The position numbers and the translations under genes are program-made. DNA of 64,000 nt, from positions 1,792,001-1,856,000 of the forward strand of contig CAWIKF010000002.1 of NCBI GenBank assembly GCA_963836755.1, in the 5' to 3' direction. Positions 32,463-42,071 of this stretch are shown one piece after another. Numbering within the stretch: the first letter of the stretch is position 1; each line of letters opens with the position of its first letter. The notes beneath the pieces were generated by a model. It was not told the origin of the DNA. It searched no databases and worked only from the letters and a program-made list of their open reading frames with translations. Origin of the DNA: an uncultured Verrucomicrobiae bacterium. Its GTDB lineage: Bacteria; Verrucomicrobiota; Verrucomicrobiia; Chthoniobacterales; Chthoniobacteraceae.

Positions 32463-32907
32463 ATGACAGATGTCTACGATAAGGGGAAGTGGTCCGAGAT
32501 TAGCGTGGCATACGGCCGCTTGGCAATCGTTTCCGACAGAACTACGTTTAATGCGCTTGTTCCAAGAGTTTCGAATTGCCGGTTGGCGGCGACATCTGCG
32601 GCTACCCGGCCGACCCGACTTTTGTTTCACGGCAAAGCGCTTGGCGATCTTTGTAGACGGTGATTTTTGGCATGGAAATCCGCTACGCTTTCAGACTCCT
32701 AAATCGAATGTGGAATTTTGGACGGAAAAGATAAAAGGCAATCGTCGGCGGGATCGCCGAAACACGCGCGCGCTGAGGGAACGGGGTTGGACTATCATTC
32801 TATTTGGGAATCCGAATTGCGAACGAACCAAATACGAGTGTTGCGCCTATCGCGCTGCGACTTTAAGAATTAATCGCTTGAAATTAATGGTGATTAGTGG
32901 TGATTAA
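32463..32907 (+). pseudogene. vsr: very short patch repair endonuclease, frameshifted
   Basis: MTDV…, LPGRPDF, FVDGDFWHG, FWTEKI…N..RD, GW..(I)WE. Confidence 0.88.
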
Positions 32908-32917
32908 TGGTGATTAA
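32883..32917. repeat. 3.5 x 10-bp tandem repeat (ATTA[A/G]TGGTG), likely operator
   Basis: Lies directly before the small regulator ATG at 32921. Confidence 0.7.
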
Positions 32918-32920
32918 ATC

Positions 32921-33109
32921 ATGTCGGAAGTGACGCAAAAAAAAGGACGTCCGGGTCCGCGGCCGTTTGTTTATGCACGTTTAACGATCAGCTTTGGCAG
33001 AGATCAGAGACACTACTTGGAAAAATCTTCGATCCTGCGAAACACATCAAAGGCATCTTTGATTCGAGAAGCCATTTCGGAAAAAATGAAGAGGGAGCGT
33101 GGCCTATGA
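32921..33109 (+). CDS. small ribbon-helix-helix-like regulator
   Basis: RLTISF…LE…TSKASLIREAI. Confidence 0.65.
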   Translation: MSEVTQKKGRPGPRPFVYARLTISFGRDQRHYLEKSSILRNTSKASLIREAISEKMKRERGL

Positions 33110-34124
33110 TCGAGAGCGTTTCATCTCGAGAGGACGAGAAGCAACTCTATCAACCGACGGTAATCGAGCTTTTCAGCGGAGCTGGACTGTTTGGATACGC
33201 ATTTAAAAAGGAAGGGTTCAAACTGGTAGCCGGCTACGAAATGGATGCCGTCGCTGCCGCGACGTACCGCCGTAATGTCTGCGCGAACGTAAAAGTCGGG
33301 AACTTGGCATCCTGCAAACCGGAGGGGGAATGTGATGTAATTCTAGCGGGACCGCCATGCGTCGGTTTTTCTTCGATTCGAAAAAAGGGCGATGATGATC
33401 CTGAGAAATCGATTGTGCCTGATTATTCCGCGTTGGGCTAAAGCTACGAAAGCCAAACTGGTAATTGTAGAAAATGTGCCACAGTTCTTGTTGTCTCAGC
33501 ACTTTTCTTTGTTCCGATCGGGGATGGAAAACTTAGGATTCACTTCATTAAGCTGGCTGGTAAATGCTCGAAATTTCAATGTTCCTCAGAATCGCAAGCG
33601 ATGCATCGCAATCTTCTCGAAGATAGGATTACCGGCCGAACCGAAATTCCGAGCGTCTACAATGAGCGTGAGGCAGGCCTTCGCAGGTCTGCCTCACTTC
33701 CCCGACCATTCAATTCAACATTATGCGCGCATCCAATCCGAAGCGTGCGAATCTCGAATTCGGCTAGTTCCACGTGGAGGCGACATTCGGGACATCGCCG
33801 CGACAAAACCTCTACTAGTGCCGCCATCTTGGTTTAAGACGAAAGGCAAAATCGTCGACATTTGGGGGCGACTCGATTGGGATGGAATCAGTAACACAAT
33901 TCGCACGGGTTTCCTCCATCCTTCACGCGGCCGCTTCATTCATCCGGTAGAACATCGTCCGATTACATTTCGGGAAGCTGCCCGTCTTCAAACCATTCGC
34001 TGACATCTATCTTTTTGAAGGAGGACCGGAACAACTTGCGCGACAAATCGGAAACGCGGTGCCGGTTAATATGGGAAGAGCTGTCGCCAAGCGCGTTAAA
34101 ACCCTTTTCCGAGATCTCAAGTGA
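33106..34124 (+). pseudogene. DNA (cytosine-5) methyltransferase; frameshifts near 33400 and 34000
   Basis: ELFSGAG, GPPCVGFS, ENV, VPQNRKR, REAARLQT, QIGNAVP. Confidence 0.9.
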
Positions 34125-34489
34125 ACAATGTTCAAGGAACCGCGAGCCAGCTCGCCGCGAGAGGCGCGATCCTCGCCCTGCTACACCTCGACGCACAGAT
34201 TGTCATCGGCGCCTTGGACTGGCTTGACGATCACCGCATTTTTTTCTTCGAGGCCGGGGCGCTGGATGAATTTGGAGCGCATGTGCTCGACTTCGATCGC
34301 GCCAACGCGCCACACGATCTCGGCGTGGAATTCTACGACAAACACAATCGCCTGATAGCTTACCTCGCGCCGATCGCGGAGAGCGTTGACGAGCCGGAGC
34401 TTTATGAGAGAACCTTTCTCCAATGGCAGCGCAGCGGTTCCGCGATGACGGATTTTATCGCGACTGTAAAACAAAAACTAACGGAGTGA
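34121..34489 (+). CDS. hypothetical protein
   Basis: GTGA overlap with the MTase end. Confidence 0.55.
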   Translation: MNNVQGTASQLAARGAILALLHLDAQIVIGALDWLDDHRIFFFEAGALDEFGAHVLDFDRANAPHDLGVEFYDKHNRLIAYLAPIAESVDEPELYERTFLQWQRSGSAMTDFIATVKQKLTE

Positions 34490-34531
34490 TCTGCTCCGGC
34501 GTGCCGGGCGCTTTGACAGTCACGCCCTCGC

Positions 34532-35619
34532 GTGAAGCTCTCGCCGGAAGACGTTGAAAAAATCCGCACGAAGAACCTTGCTAATCTCATCCGCAAGGCG
34601 AACGCCGGAAAGACTCTCACGCGCGCTGAGCTGCTGATGCTCGACCAGGCCCGCACCGGCGAGGTCCAGACGTTGGGAGTCGTCAAAAATTTCGTTACGA
34701 CCTGGGACGAACTCGCCAAAGCGATCGGTGTTTCGCGGCGCGCTGTCCAGGAGTGGAGAAAGGATCCGCGATATTGCAACGACTGCCCGCCCGACCGCGC
34801 TGATGGGCGGCATGACGTCGCCGCGTGGTTGGATTTTATGGTGCGGCATGGATTGAAGCGCGCCGATGAATTCGTCGAGAGCGAACCGGACGACGATGAG
34901 CCAGGAGCGCATGTCATCAGGCCGCCCGCGATCGGCGGCAGTCAGGCGGACTGGAACAAGGCAGCGAGCCATGTCGATTACGAAAAAAAGCGCGATGCGC
35001 TCGGCGTTTTCCGCGGGACGCTCCTAGTCGCGGCGGAGCTGGAAGTGCCGCTCGGCGCGACGTTCGCGGCTTTGCAGACCAAAGCCTCTCAATTCCCGAC
35101 GCGCGTCGCGCCACTGGTCACCGGCTTTCGCGATGTGCAGGAAGTCGAGGAGCGACTGCGCGATGAGATGGACGCGGATCTGCGCGATCTGCAGGCCGCG
35201 CGATTTCGTGGACGCTTCCATTCCGGAAGTGCTGGCGGAATTCCCGTTTGATGAAGAAAGCGAACGTTTGTTTAAACTCGTGAGTTTTGACGGACAGGAC
35301 CGGCAGGCGTTGCTGGATCTGATCGCGCTGGTTGCGACGGAAGCATTGCGCCGCATCGGCCGGCGCGCGATCGCGCAGGCGAGAGTAGGGGATCCGCAGA
35401 AGAGATTGTTGCACCCGCCGAAGACAGCGAGAGCAGGACTGACGCATTGGCCGCCAGGCGCGTCGCGAAAAATCCCACTGCAAAAGCAAGTCGTCGAAAA
35501 TCGCGAGTTTCACCGGCAAAGAAAAAAAAGCGTCAACGGCCGCAACCTGCAGCAGCTCCAGCGGAAGTCGAGGCGGTCATTGTGCCGGTCGCGAAACGGA
35601 ACTTCAAAAAACGGCGTTA
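34532..35619 (+). CDS. terminase small subunit-like; frameshifts near 35205 and 35380
   Basis: HTH WDELAKAIGVSRRAVQEWRK and helical region as in Nu1-type proteins; directly upstream of terL. Confidence 0.75.
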
Positions 35620-35722
35620 AGACAGGGGTAGAACGGGCAGCCGTTCCCCCTGGTCCCGTTGCAGCTATCGCCACTGCCGGCAGCCGCAGGGATTGCCGAG
35701 AATCTGACACGCCGCGGCGAGC

Positions 35723-37879
35723 GTGTCAGATGAAAAACAGCACGCTTATTTAAACGCGAAGGTTTGGCTGGCCGGATTGCTCGGCTCGATTTTCAAGCCG
35801 CGGCCGCGCATGCGCATTTGGCGCTGGTTGGATCTGTTCGTCAGGATTCCGAGCGGCGGCCCGCAGCCAGGGCAAATGCGGACGGCGCGGTTCCCGATTT
35901 TTCGCGGGCTCTTCGATCTCGCGCAGCAGCGAGGCGTGCATTTTCTCACGGTCTGCTCGAGCGCGCGTGCTGGTAAAACATTGTTTTCGATCTGCATCGT
36001 CCTTTACTGGATCAGCGAAAAATTCGGCTGGGTTGTCTGGCTCGATCCCACGCGCAACAGCGCGCGAAAATTCGTCCGCGATGAACTGGATGAGTTTCTC
36101 CTGGAATGCAGGCCGGTCCGCGCGCTCGCGATTATCACCAAAAAGACGTGGACGACGCTGGAGAAATGTTTCCGCGGCAAACGCTTCCGCATCATCGGCT
36201 CCGGCGCCGAGGCTGACCTGCACGGATTCAACGCAGAGCTCGCGATCATCAATGAATTCGACGCCTGCCGGTCCAGCACTGAAGGCGACGCAGCGAGTTC
36301 CGACAAGATCGAGGCGCGCACAAAACTTTTCGCGCCGACGCGGCTCATCGTGCGGAATTCAACGCCGCAGAAAGGCGAGTTCGGGCCGATCTGGACGAAG
36401 TTTCTCACGGGCACTCAACATCATTGTTACGTTCCATGCCCGAGCTGCTCGGACGCGCACGCGCGAACGATCAAGGACGTCGTTTTCGAGGAACCGGCCG
36501 ATGAAGATTGCAAGCCAGGCTGGAGCGCGAAGAGCTACGATCCGCGTCTCGCCGGCTGGCAGCGCTTCACTTTTTTCACCGAGAAAAAAAGCGTCCCATT
36601 CGATGAGAATCTCGAACCGCTTACCGACAAAAACGGTTGTCTAAAGCCGCGTCATGAGTGGCGCGAGGAAGTCACCGGGCAGGCAAATTTCGAGAAATTC
36701 GGCATCCATGAAGAACGGCCGAAAATCAATGACCCGACGCAGACGGAGCGGGTGCGCGTTGGCTGGAACCTGAAAGGCGTCCGGCGCGGGACGACTTATC
36801 AATGCGCCTGGTGCAAAAAGGAAATCGAGCAAATCGATCTCGGCTGGATGCTCGCGCGATATCGGTGGATGGCGCACAATCCGGAGCAAAGCGTCGCGAG
36901 TGATGATGACGACGTGCGCGAGGACCTGTCGCCCGAGGAGCACATCAGCGCGCATGTCTGGAGCTGGTATTCGCCTTTTGAAAATTGGGGCGTTATCGCT
37001 GCCGAATTTTTGCAGGCGAAAGGCAATCTCGCGGGACTCATCAAATTCTGCGTCTATACCCTCGGCCGGCCTTTCATCCGCGAAGGCACGGCGGTCAAGG
37101 AAGACGATCTCGATCGCGCGGTCGGCCGGTGTCCGGCGCGTTACGTGAAAGGTCAGCTCCCACTCGAGCCGGAGATCCTCGCGCTCACTGCGGACCGTCA
37201 GGGCGCGGAGCGCTGGTTCGCGATTCGCGCCTACGGAATTTTGTGGGATCATCCCGAATGGCCGACCTGGAGCGCGCTGGTCGACTGGGGTGAGATCGCG
37301 AGCGACGAGCAGATCGCGGAGAAAGCAGGCCTCGCGCCGGATGCGGAAGGCCATCACCGGCGCTTCGTTTTTCAGCGAGACGATGGAACGGCACGCGAAT
37401 ACGCGGTCACGGCCGGCCTTTACGACTGCGGCTTCGAGCAACAGCCGGTGTGGGACTATTGTTTAACACAAAGCGCATGGCTCAGCCCCAGCAAAGGCGG
37501 CGATGAAAGCAAGACTGGCGGCAATCCCATCCGCATCACGGAGGTCATGGACAAGGCGCTCGATCTCATCTGGTATTGGAGCGCGCTTTTCACCGCCGAT
37601 CTTTACTACAACTGCATCCTGCACGGCGCGGCGCACGGCGAGACGGTGCACTGGTGGCTGCCGACGAACATCGATGCGGATTATCGCCGGCAGCTGACGG
37701 ACGAATACCAGGGAGAGGAAAACGGGAAGCGAAAATGGCTCTCGCGCACGAAGACGAATCACCTGGGCGACTGCGAAAAACTTCAGCGAGTCCTCGCGCC
37801 GACGATCGAGGAGACGCTCGACAAAATCCGCGAGGAGCGCCGCGAGAAAATGGAAAAAGAGAAGACTCCACAGATGTAA
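35723..37879 (+). CDS. terL: terminase large subunit, lambda GpA family
   Basis: SARAGKT Walker A, IINEFD Walker B, NSTP, YVPCPSC, NHLGDCE nuclease motif. Confidence 0.92.
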   Translation: MSDEKQHAYLNAKVWLAGLLGSIFKPRPRMRIWRWLDLFVRIPSGGPQPGQMRTARFPIFRGLFDLAQQRGVHFLTVCSSARAGKTLFSICIVLYWISEKFGWVVWLDPTRNSARKFVRDELDEFLLECRPVRALAIITKKTWTTLEKCFRGKRFRIIGSGAEADLHGFNAELAIINEFDACRSSTEGDAASSDKIEARTKLFAPTRLIVRNSTPQKGEFGPIWTKFLTGTQHHCYVPCPSCSDAHARTIKDVVFEEPADEDCKPGWSAKSYDPRLAGWQRFTFFTEKKSVPFDENLEPLTDKNGCLKPRHEWREEVTGQANFEKFGIHEERPKINDPTQTERVRVGWNLKGVRRGTTYQCAWCKKEIEQIDLGWMLARYRWMAHNPEQSVASDDDDVREDLSPEEHISAHVWSWYSPFENWGVIAAEFLQAKGNLAGLIKFCVYTLGRPFIREGTAVKEDDLDRAVGRCPARYVKGQLPLEPEILALTADRQGAERWFAIRAYGILWDHPEWPTWSALVDWGEIASDEQIAEKAGLAPDAEGHHRRFVFQRDDGTAREYAVTAGLYDCGFEQQPVWDYCLTQSAWLSPSKGGDESKTGGNPIRITEVMDKALDLIWYWSALFTADLYYNCILHGAAHGETVHWWLPTNIDADYRRQLTDEYQGEENGKRKWLSRTKTNHLGDCEKLQRVLAPTIEETLDKIREERREKMEKEKTPQM

Positions 37880-37884
37880 AACCT

Positions 37885-38145
37885 TTGAAGTGTGCTACTG
37901 TCGGAGCCATTCCGCATCGGCCCAAAGTCTCGATCAAGGAAGTCTGCGCCTGGCTGAAAGTCTCGCGCTGGACCGTCTATCGCTGGATGGAAGAAGATCC
38001 GCCAGCACCTTTCACGCGGCACGCAATCTATCGCTGGCAATACGAAATCGCCCCGATCGCACTCGAGCTCTGGCTTGCGCAACGTGCACAACGCCACTGC
38101 AGCGTGCTTCACGCGCGCGCGACTGAGCTGAGCGACGCGGCTTAG
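37885..38145 (+). CDS. small AlpA/Xis-like HTH protein
   Basis: SIKEVCAWLKVSRWTVYRWM; start uncertain. Confidence 0.6.
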   Translation: MKCATVGAIPHRPKVSIKEVCAWLKVSRWTVYRWMEEDPPAPFTRHAIYRWQYEIAPIALELWLAQRAQRHCSVLHARATELSDAA

Positions 38146-38334
38146 TCACTCGTGCAACATTGTGCAACAATCACGCACTCGCGTGTTTGTTTTCATCCGC
38201 GTAAATCCGAAGCCGGTTGACACGCGCCGGCCTTTTGTCTGGCGACAGCCGGGCCGCCCTCTCCGGAGCAAGCGGCCCGCGCGCCAGCCGGTTCCAAAAG
38301 TCGCCTATGAAACCACTCTCAAAAAATTCCTGCC

Positions 38335-39456
38335 ATGCGTGACGGAGACACTGCCGCTTCACCGCTCGCCTCGCACCGGCCCGACATCGAAGGCGGCGTC
38401 GACACTGCGCGCGATTACTTACGCGAAAAATTTGCCGATCATGCGCGGGCTCTGCAGCTCGCGAAAACGCCTGCAGATTTTCGCCAGCTCGCATTCGACC
38501 TGATCGACGCGGCACTTGCCGAGGCCGGCCAGGGTGGAACTGTGGAAGCGGCGGGCGCGGAAGGCTTCGATTCATTCTTCGCGGCGCTCCTGCACCAGAC
38601 ACGGCACGGCGATCGCGATAACCGGATGCGCGCGCATTGTTTGCTGCGCGTGCTCAATCAGAACCCGCTCAGTTTTCAAAAAATCGCCGACGAACTTGGT
38701 TTCAAGACGCGTGCGACGCCTCATCAGTGCTACCGCAAAATGCAAAAGCAGCTCGGCGGAATGCAGAGCCGCGGCGACAAAAGCGCGGAATCGCGGGAGC
38801 AATGCCGGCAGCGGAGGATGGGCGCGAAACGCGAGCGTCAAAGTTTTTTCCGGAGCGCATTCACCAGCGGCCCTTTCCAGCGTGATGCAGCCGCCAGTTT
38901 TTTCCTGCAACTGACCATGAGCGCGATCACACCCCTGTCCGAACGTGTCGCCGAAATGGCGGAAGGAAATTACGTCGAGCGCCTCGCCGCGCTGAATGCC
39001 GAGATCCGGCAAGGCGTGGCCGCAATCGCCGCGTGGTTTCGTTTCTCCGCTGAACGAATGATCGAGAGCGGGAGAATTTTATGCGAGGCGCAGGAAAACA
39101 TGCGCGGCGATTTCCGCCTCTGGTTTGAATCGAACCAGGAGAAAATCGGCTATTCTTTTTCCACCGCGAACTTGAGCATGCGTGTTTTTCGAAATTACGT
39201 GCTGCGCGGCCGCGATCTCGACAAAGACCTGCAGGACTTCAAAAGCCAGCAGGAATTTCTGCACGCACTCGGCATCTCCGAACGTCCAGAGTGCGGGAAA
39301 AACGGCGCGGGACAGAAGCCACTTTTCCGGCTGGCGATGGCGATCAATGTGGAGCCGGAGAAATGGTCGCCGATCGACCGGCGCGAGTTTTTATTGAAAT
39401 TCGAGGAGCTGGAAAAAATCGCCGATCGCGTGCGTGCGATCGAGGGCGAAGCGTGA
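38335..39456 (+). CDS. HTH (sigma region-4-like) protein in frame with a DUF3102-like domain; possibly two genes (second ATG 38917)
   Basis: LSFQKIADELGFKTRATPHQ; GRILCEAQ…GDFRLWF…STANLSMRVF. Confidence 0.6.
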   Translation: MRDGDTAASPLASHRPDIEGGVDTARDYLREKFADHARALQLAKTPADFRQLAFDLIDAALAEAGQGGTVEAAGAEGFDSFFAALLHQTRHGDRDNRMRAHCLLRVLNQNPLSFQKIADELGFKTRATPHQCYRKMQKQLGGMQSRGDKSAESREQCRQRRMGAKRERQSFFRSAFTSGPFQRDAAASFFLQLTMSAITPLSERVAEMAEGNYVERLAALNAEIRQGVAAIAAWFRFSAERMIESGRILCEAQENMRGDFRLWFESNQEKIGYSFSTANLSMRVFRNYVLRGRDLDKDLQDFKSQQEFLHALGISERPECGKNGAGQKPLFRLAMAINVEPEKWSPIDRREFLLKFEELEKIADRVRAIEGEA

Positions 39457-39677
39457 GACGCGCGCCGTCCTTGCCAACTGCGGGTCTTTTTTTAATTGCC
39501 GATGCGGTTGAGGTTGCGCCTCGGCGTTCGCGGTGCAAAATTTGTTTTGCCAGCAGGACCGCCACTTGGGAAGCCGGGTGCGCAATGTAAGGACTGCTGG
39601 CACTTAGCCGCTTTTTCCGAAATCGTTGCCACGTTTCCGCCACGTTTTCCCGCAAACGCCGAAGAGCTAGGGACAAC

Positions 39678-40057
39678 AACAGATTTCCATAGCGTTAAAA
39701 CGGTTGAAAACCCTTTAGATGACGCGAAACCAAGCCTTTATGAAACCGCTTGAAAGGCAGCGTAACAGATTTCCAATAGGCAATAATCCGTCCAAAATGC
39801 GCGAACAGATTTCCAATCTACAGTAGACGCTTGCCTCAGCTTCCCCCGGCAAAGTAAGGGAAGCGGGAAGTGGCTCGAACGCGTGAAATAGCGAACTCAG
39901 TGGCAGAAATCCCCGAGGAAGAGGTCAGCTAGAGGCTGATATCCTTTGTTTCTGAATAGTCGAACTGGAAATCTGTTCAGCAGCGACTGGAAATCTGTTC
40001 TCTGCGCTGCATAACTCTTTCAGAATCAGCAAAACCAATTCCGAAGCTTCGGAATTG
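39678..40057. repeat. non-coding array: AACAGATTTCCA x3 direct, x2 inverted, plus a 22-bp palindrome
   Basis: Copies at 39678, 39764, 39804 (+) and 39966, 39988 (-); CAATTCCGAAGCTTCGGAATTG at 40036-40057. Confidence 0.9.
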
Positions 40058-40089
40058 AGGGGTGTCTTTGACAGCGCGGCCGCTGTCAA

Positions 40090-40407
40090 ATGTCGAGCGC
40101 CGCAGACCTGAAAGCTTTCCTGATCGCTGAAGTGGAGGAGGGGAACAGCGACTTCGTTACACAGCTCCTCGATCTCGCGCGCGCGAAAATTCTCGCGGGC
40201 GGCGGCGAGATCGCGCCGCTGGAACGGGGCTCTCTCATGGAGGATGAATTTGCGCAAAACGTGCGCATGGATGCGGCGGAAGTCGCTGCCGCCTGCCGCG
40301 AGGCGCTTCGGTATGCGGACGCGAATTACTCGCCGATCACGTTTGTCGATTTCTCGCGCGCTTTCGGAGTCGGCGCTCCGCCGTGCCCGCCTCCGTCCTG
40401 CCCATGA
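40090..40407 (+). CDS. head-completion (gpW-position) protein
   Basis: Small ORF immediately before the portal gene. Confidence 0.55.
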   Translation: MSSAADLKAFLIAEVEEGNSDFVTQLLDLARAKILAGGGEIAPLERGSLMEDEFAQNVRMDAAEVAAACREALRYADANYSPITFVDFSRAFGVGAPPCPPPSCP

Positions 40408-42023
40408 ACCCGTTCTCTTTATTCGGCCGGTTGCTCGGCATCGGCGGCAACGCTTTTTCCGACACGGTCCTCAGTTCCATCGATCGGGCAAATGTCCGCT
40501 TCATCCTGCCGCTCGATTCCGCGCTTTATCTCACGTCACGCACGCGCCGCGCGATCAATGAAAAAGCGGAATGGATCTGGCAGAATTTCGGCGTGGTGAA
40601 GGAAGGCGTCGCGGGCATCGCGCGGCATACGGTGGGCAAAGGAATCAGCCTTCAAATCGACTCGGCCGATGACGACTGGAACCAGCTCGCGGAAGATGAT
40701 TTTGAAAGCTACGCGCTCACACCGGAGCGATGCGACCTGGCTGGACGGCGCAATTTCTACGAAGCCCAGACCACCGGCGTCGAGCAGCGGATCCTGCGCG
40801 GGGAATTTTTAGCAGCGAAGACAGAAAATCCCGATTGGGCGGCGCGAGCAAAGGACGGGAACCAATATCAGGAGCCTTGTTTCCAGCTCTATGACACCGA
40901 GGAAATTTCGACACCTGGCATGGCTGGCATCACAGAAGGCAAAGTCATCCTGGATGGATGCGAGCTAGATCAAAACTCCCGCGTGACTAACTACCACGTC
41001 CGGAACCTGGACGGAATGACGTGGACTCCGATCCCGCGCGCTCGAATGATTCATTGGTATAAGCCGCACGCGATTAACCAGGTCAGGGGCATCAGCGATC
41101 TTGCACAGGCGGTCAATCCGCTCGTCGACATTCACGAACTGAAGCGGCTGACGACGCGCAGCGCGAAGGCGCAGCAGCTCATCGCGCTGGTTTTAAAAAA
41201 TGTCGCTCGCAAAAAATCGCGCGGCGCATTCGGCGCAGTCAAGGACGCCGCGCCCGGCAGCGACGGCAATCCTGGAACGGATACCGCGCAACTCGAGCAG
41301 CTCGTTGGAGCGGCCGGCGCCGGCATTGCATACGTGGGCGACGATGGCGACGCAAAGCTGATCACGCCGAACTCTCCCACTCCGCTGGTCGAGGGATTCA
41401 TCACCGACTTGTTGATGCGCGACGTGTGCGCCGGCTGGGGCGTGCCTGCTGAATTTTTCTGGAGCATCGCGAAGCTCGGCGGCGCGAACACTCGTTTTAT
41501 TTTGAGCAAGGCGGACCTGCTTTTCCAGGTGCTCGCCGATGGCCTCATCTATCGCTTCTGCACGCCGATCGCGTTTCGCTATCTGCAATATCGCATCCAG
41601 ACCGGCGCGCTGCGTCCATGCAAGGATCCGAATTGGGCGGCGAAAATGTCGTGGCAAACGCCGCCGCGCGTGACGGTCGATAACGGCAACGAGAACAAGA
41701 TGCTCATCGAGCTGCTCGCGAACGGCATGATCACGCTGCGCGAGTTCTGCAACGCACGCGGCCTCAACTATCGCCACACCATGCGCCAATGGATCCGCGA
41801 GCCCATCGAGTTCCTAAAGATCGCGAAACAGGAATTGGCTGACAGCGGCCTTGATCCCGCGATGACCGACAAAGTCTTGATGCGATGGGTCGCGAACATG
41901 CCGCTCTGGCGCGCATCGAAGCCTGGCACTGAAGCGCAGAGCGGGCAGGAAACCGACCCGACGACTGCAAACCCCGACGAGGAAGAAGAAGATGACGACG
42001 ACAAAAAAAAGAAAGCTGCGTAG
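40404..42023 (+). CDS. portal protein, lambda family
   Basis: Size, position, CDLAGRRNF, GCELD…VTNYHV, QVRGIS, CAGWGVP. Confidence 0.9.
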   Translation: MNPFSLFGRLLGIGGNAFSDTVLSSIDRANVRFILPLDSALYLTSRTRRAINEKAEWIWQNFGVVKEGVAGIARHTVGKGISLQIDSADDDWNQLAEDDFESYALTPERCDLAGRRNFYEAQTTGVEQRILRGEFLAAKTENPDWAARAKDGNQYQEPCFQLYDTEEISTPGMAGITEGKVILDGCELDQNSRVTNYHVRNLDGMTWTPIPRARMIHWYKPHAINQVRGISDLAQAVNPLVDIHELKRLTTRSAKAQQLIALVLKNVARKKSRGAFGAVKDAAPGSDGNPGTDTAQLEQLVGAAGAGIAYVGDDGDAKLITPNSPTPLVEGFITDLLMRDVCAGWGVPAEFFWSIAKLGGANTRFILSKADLLFQVLADGLIYRFCTPIAFRYLQYRIQTGALRPCKDPNWAAKMSWQTPPRVTVDNGNENKMLIELLANGMITLREFCNARGLNYRHTMRQWIREPIEFLKIAKQELADSGLDPAMTDKVLMRWVANMPLWRASKPGTEAQSGQETDPTTANPDEEEEDDDDKKKKAA

Positions 42024-42071
42024 GCCATTTTTCCCGCGCACCGAAACCGACGAACCCGAGAGCTTCATCCC

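Noticed and set aside
22988..34489. Independent mobile element nested in the prophage
   Set aside because: No recombinase/transposase or terminal repeats seen; treated as accessory modules.
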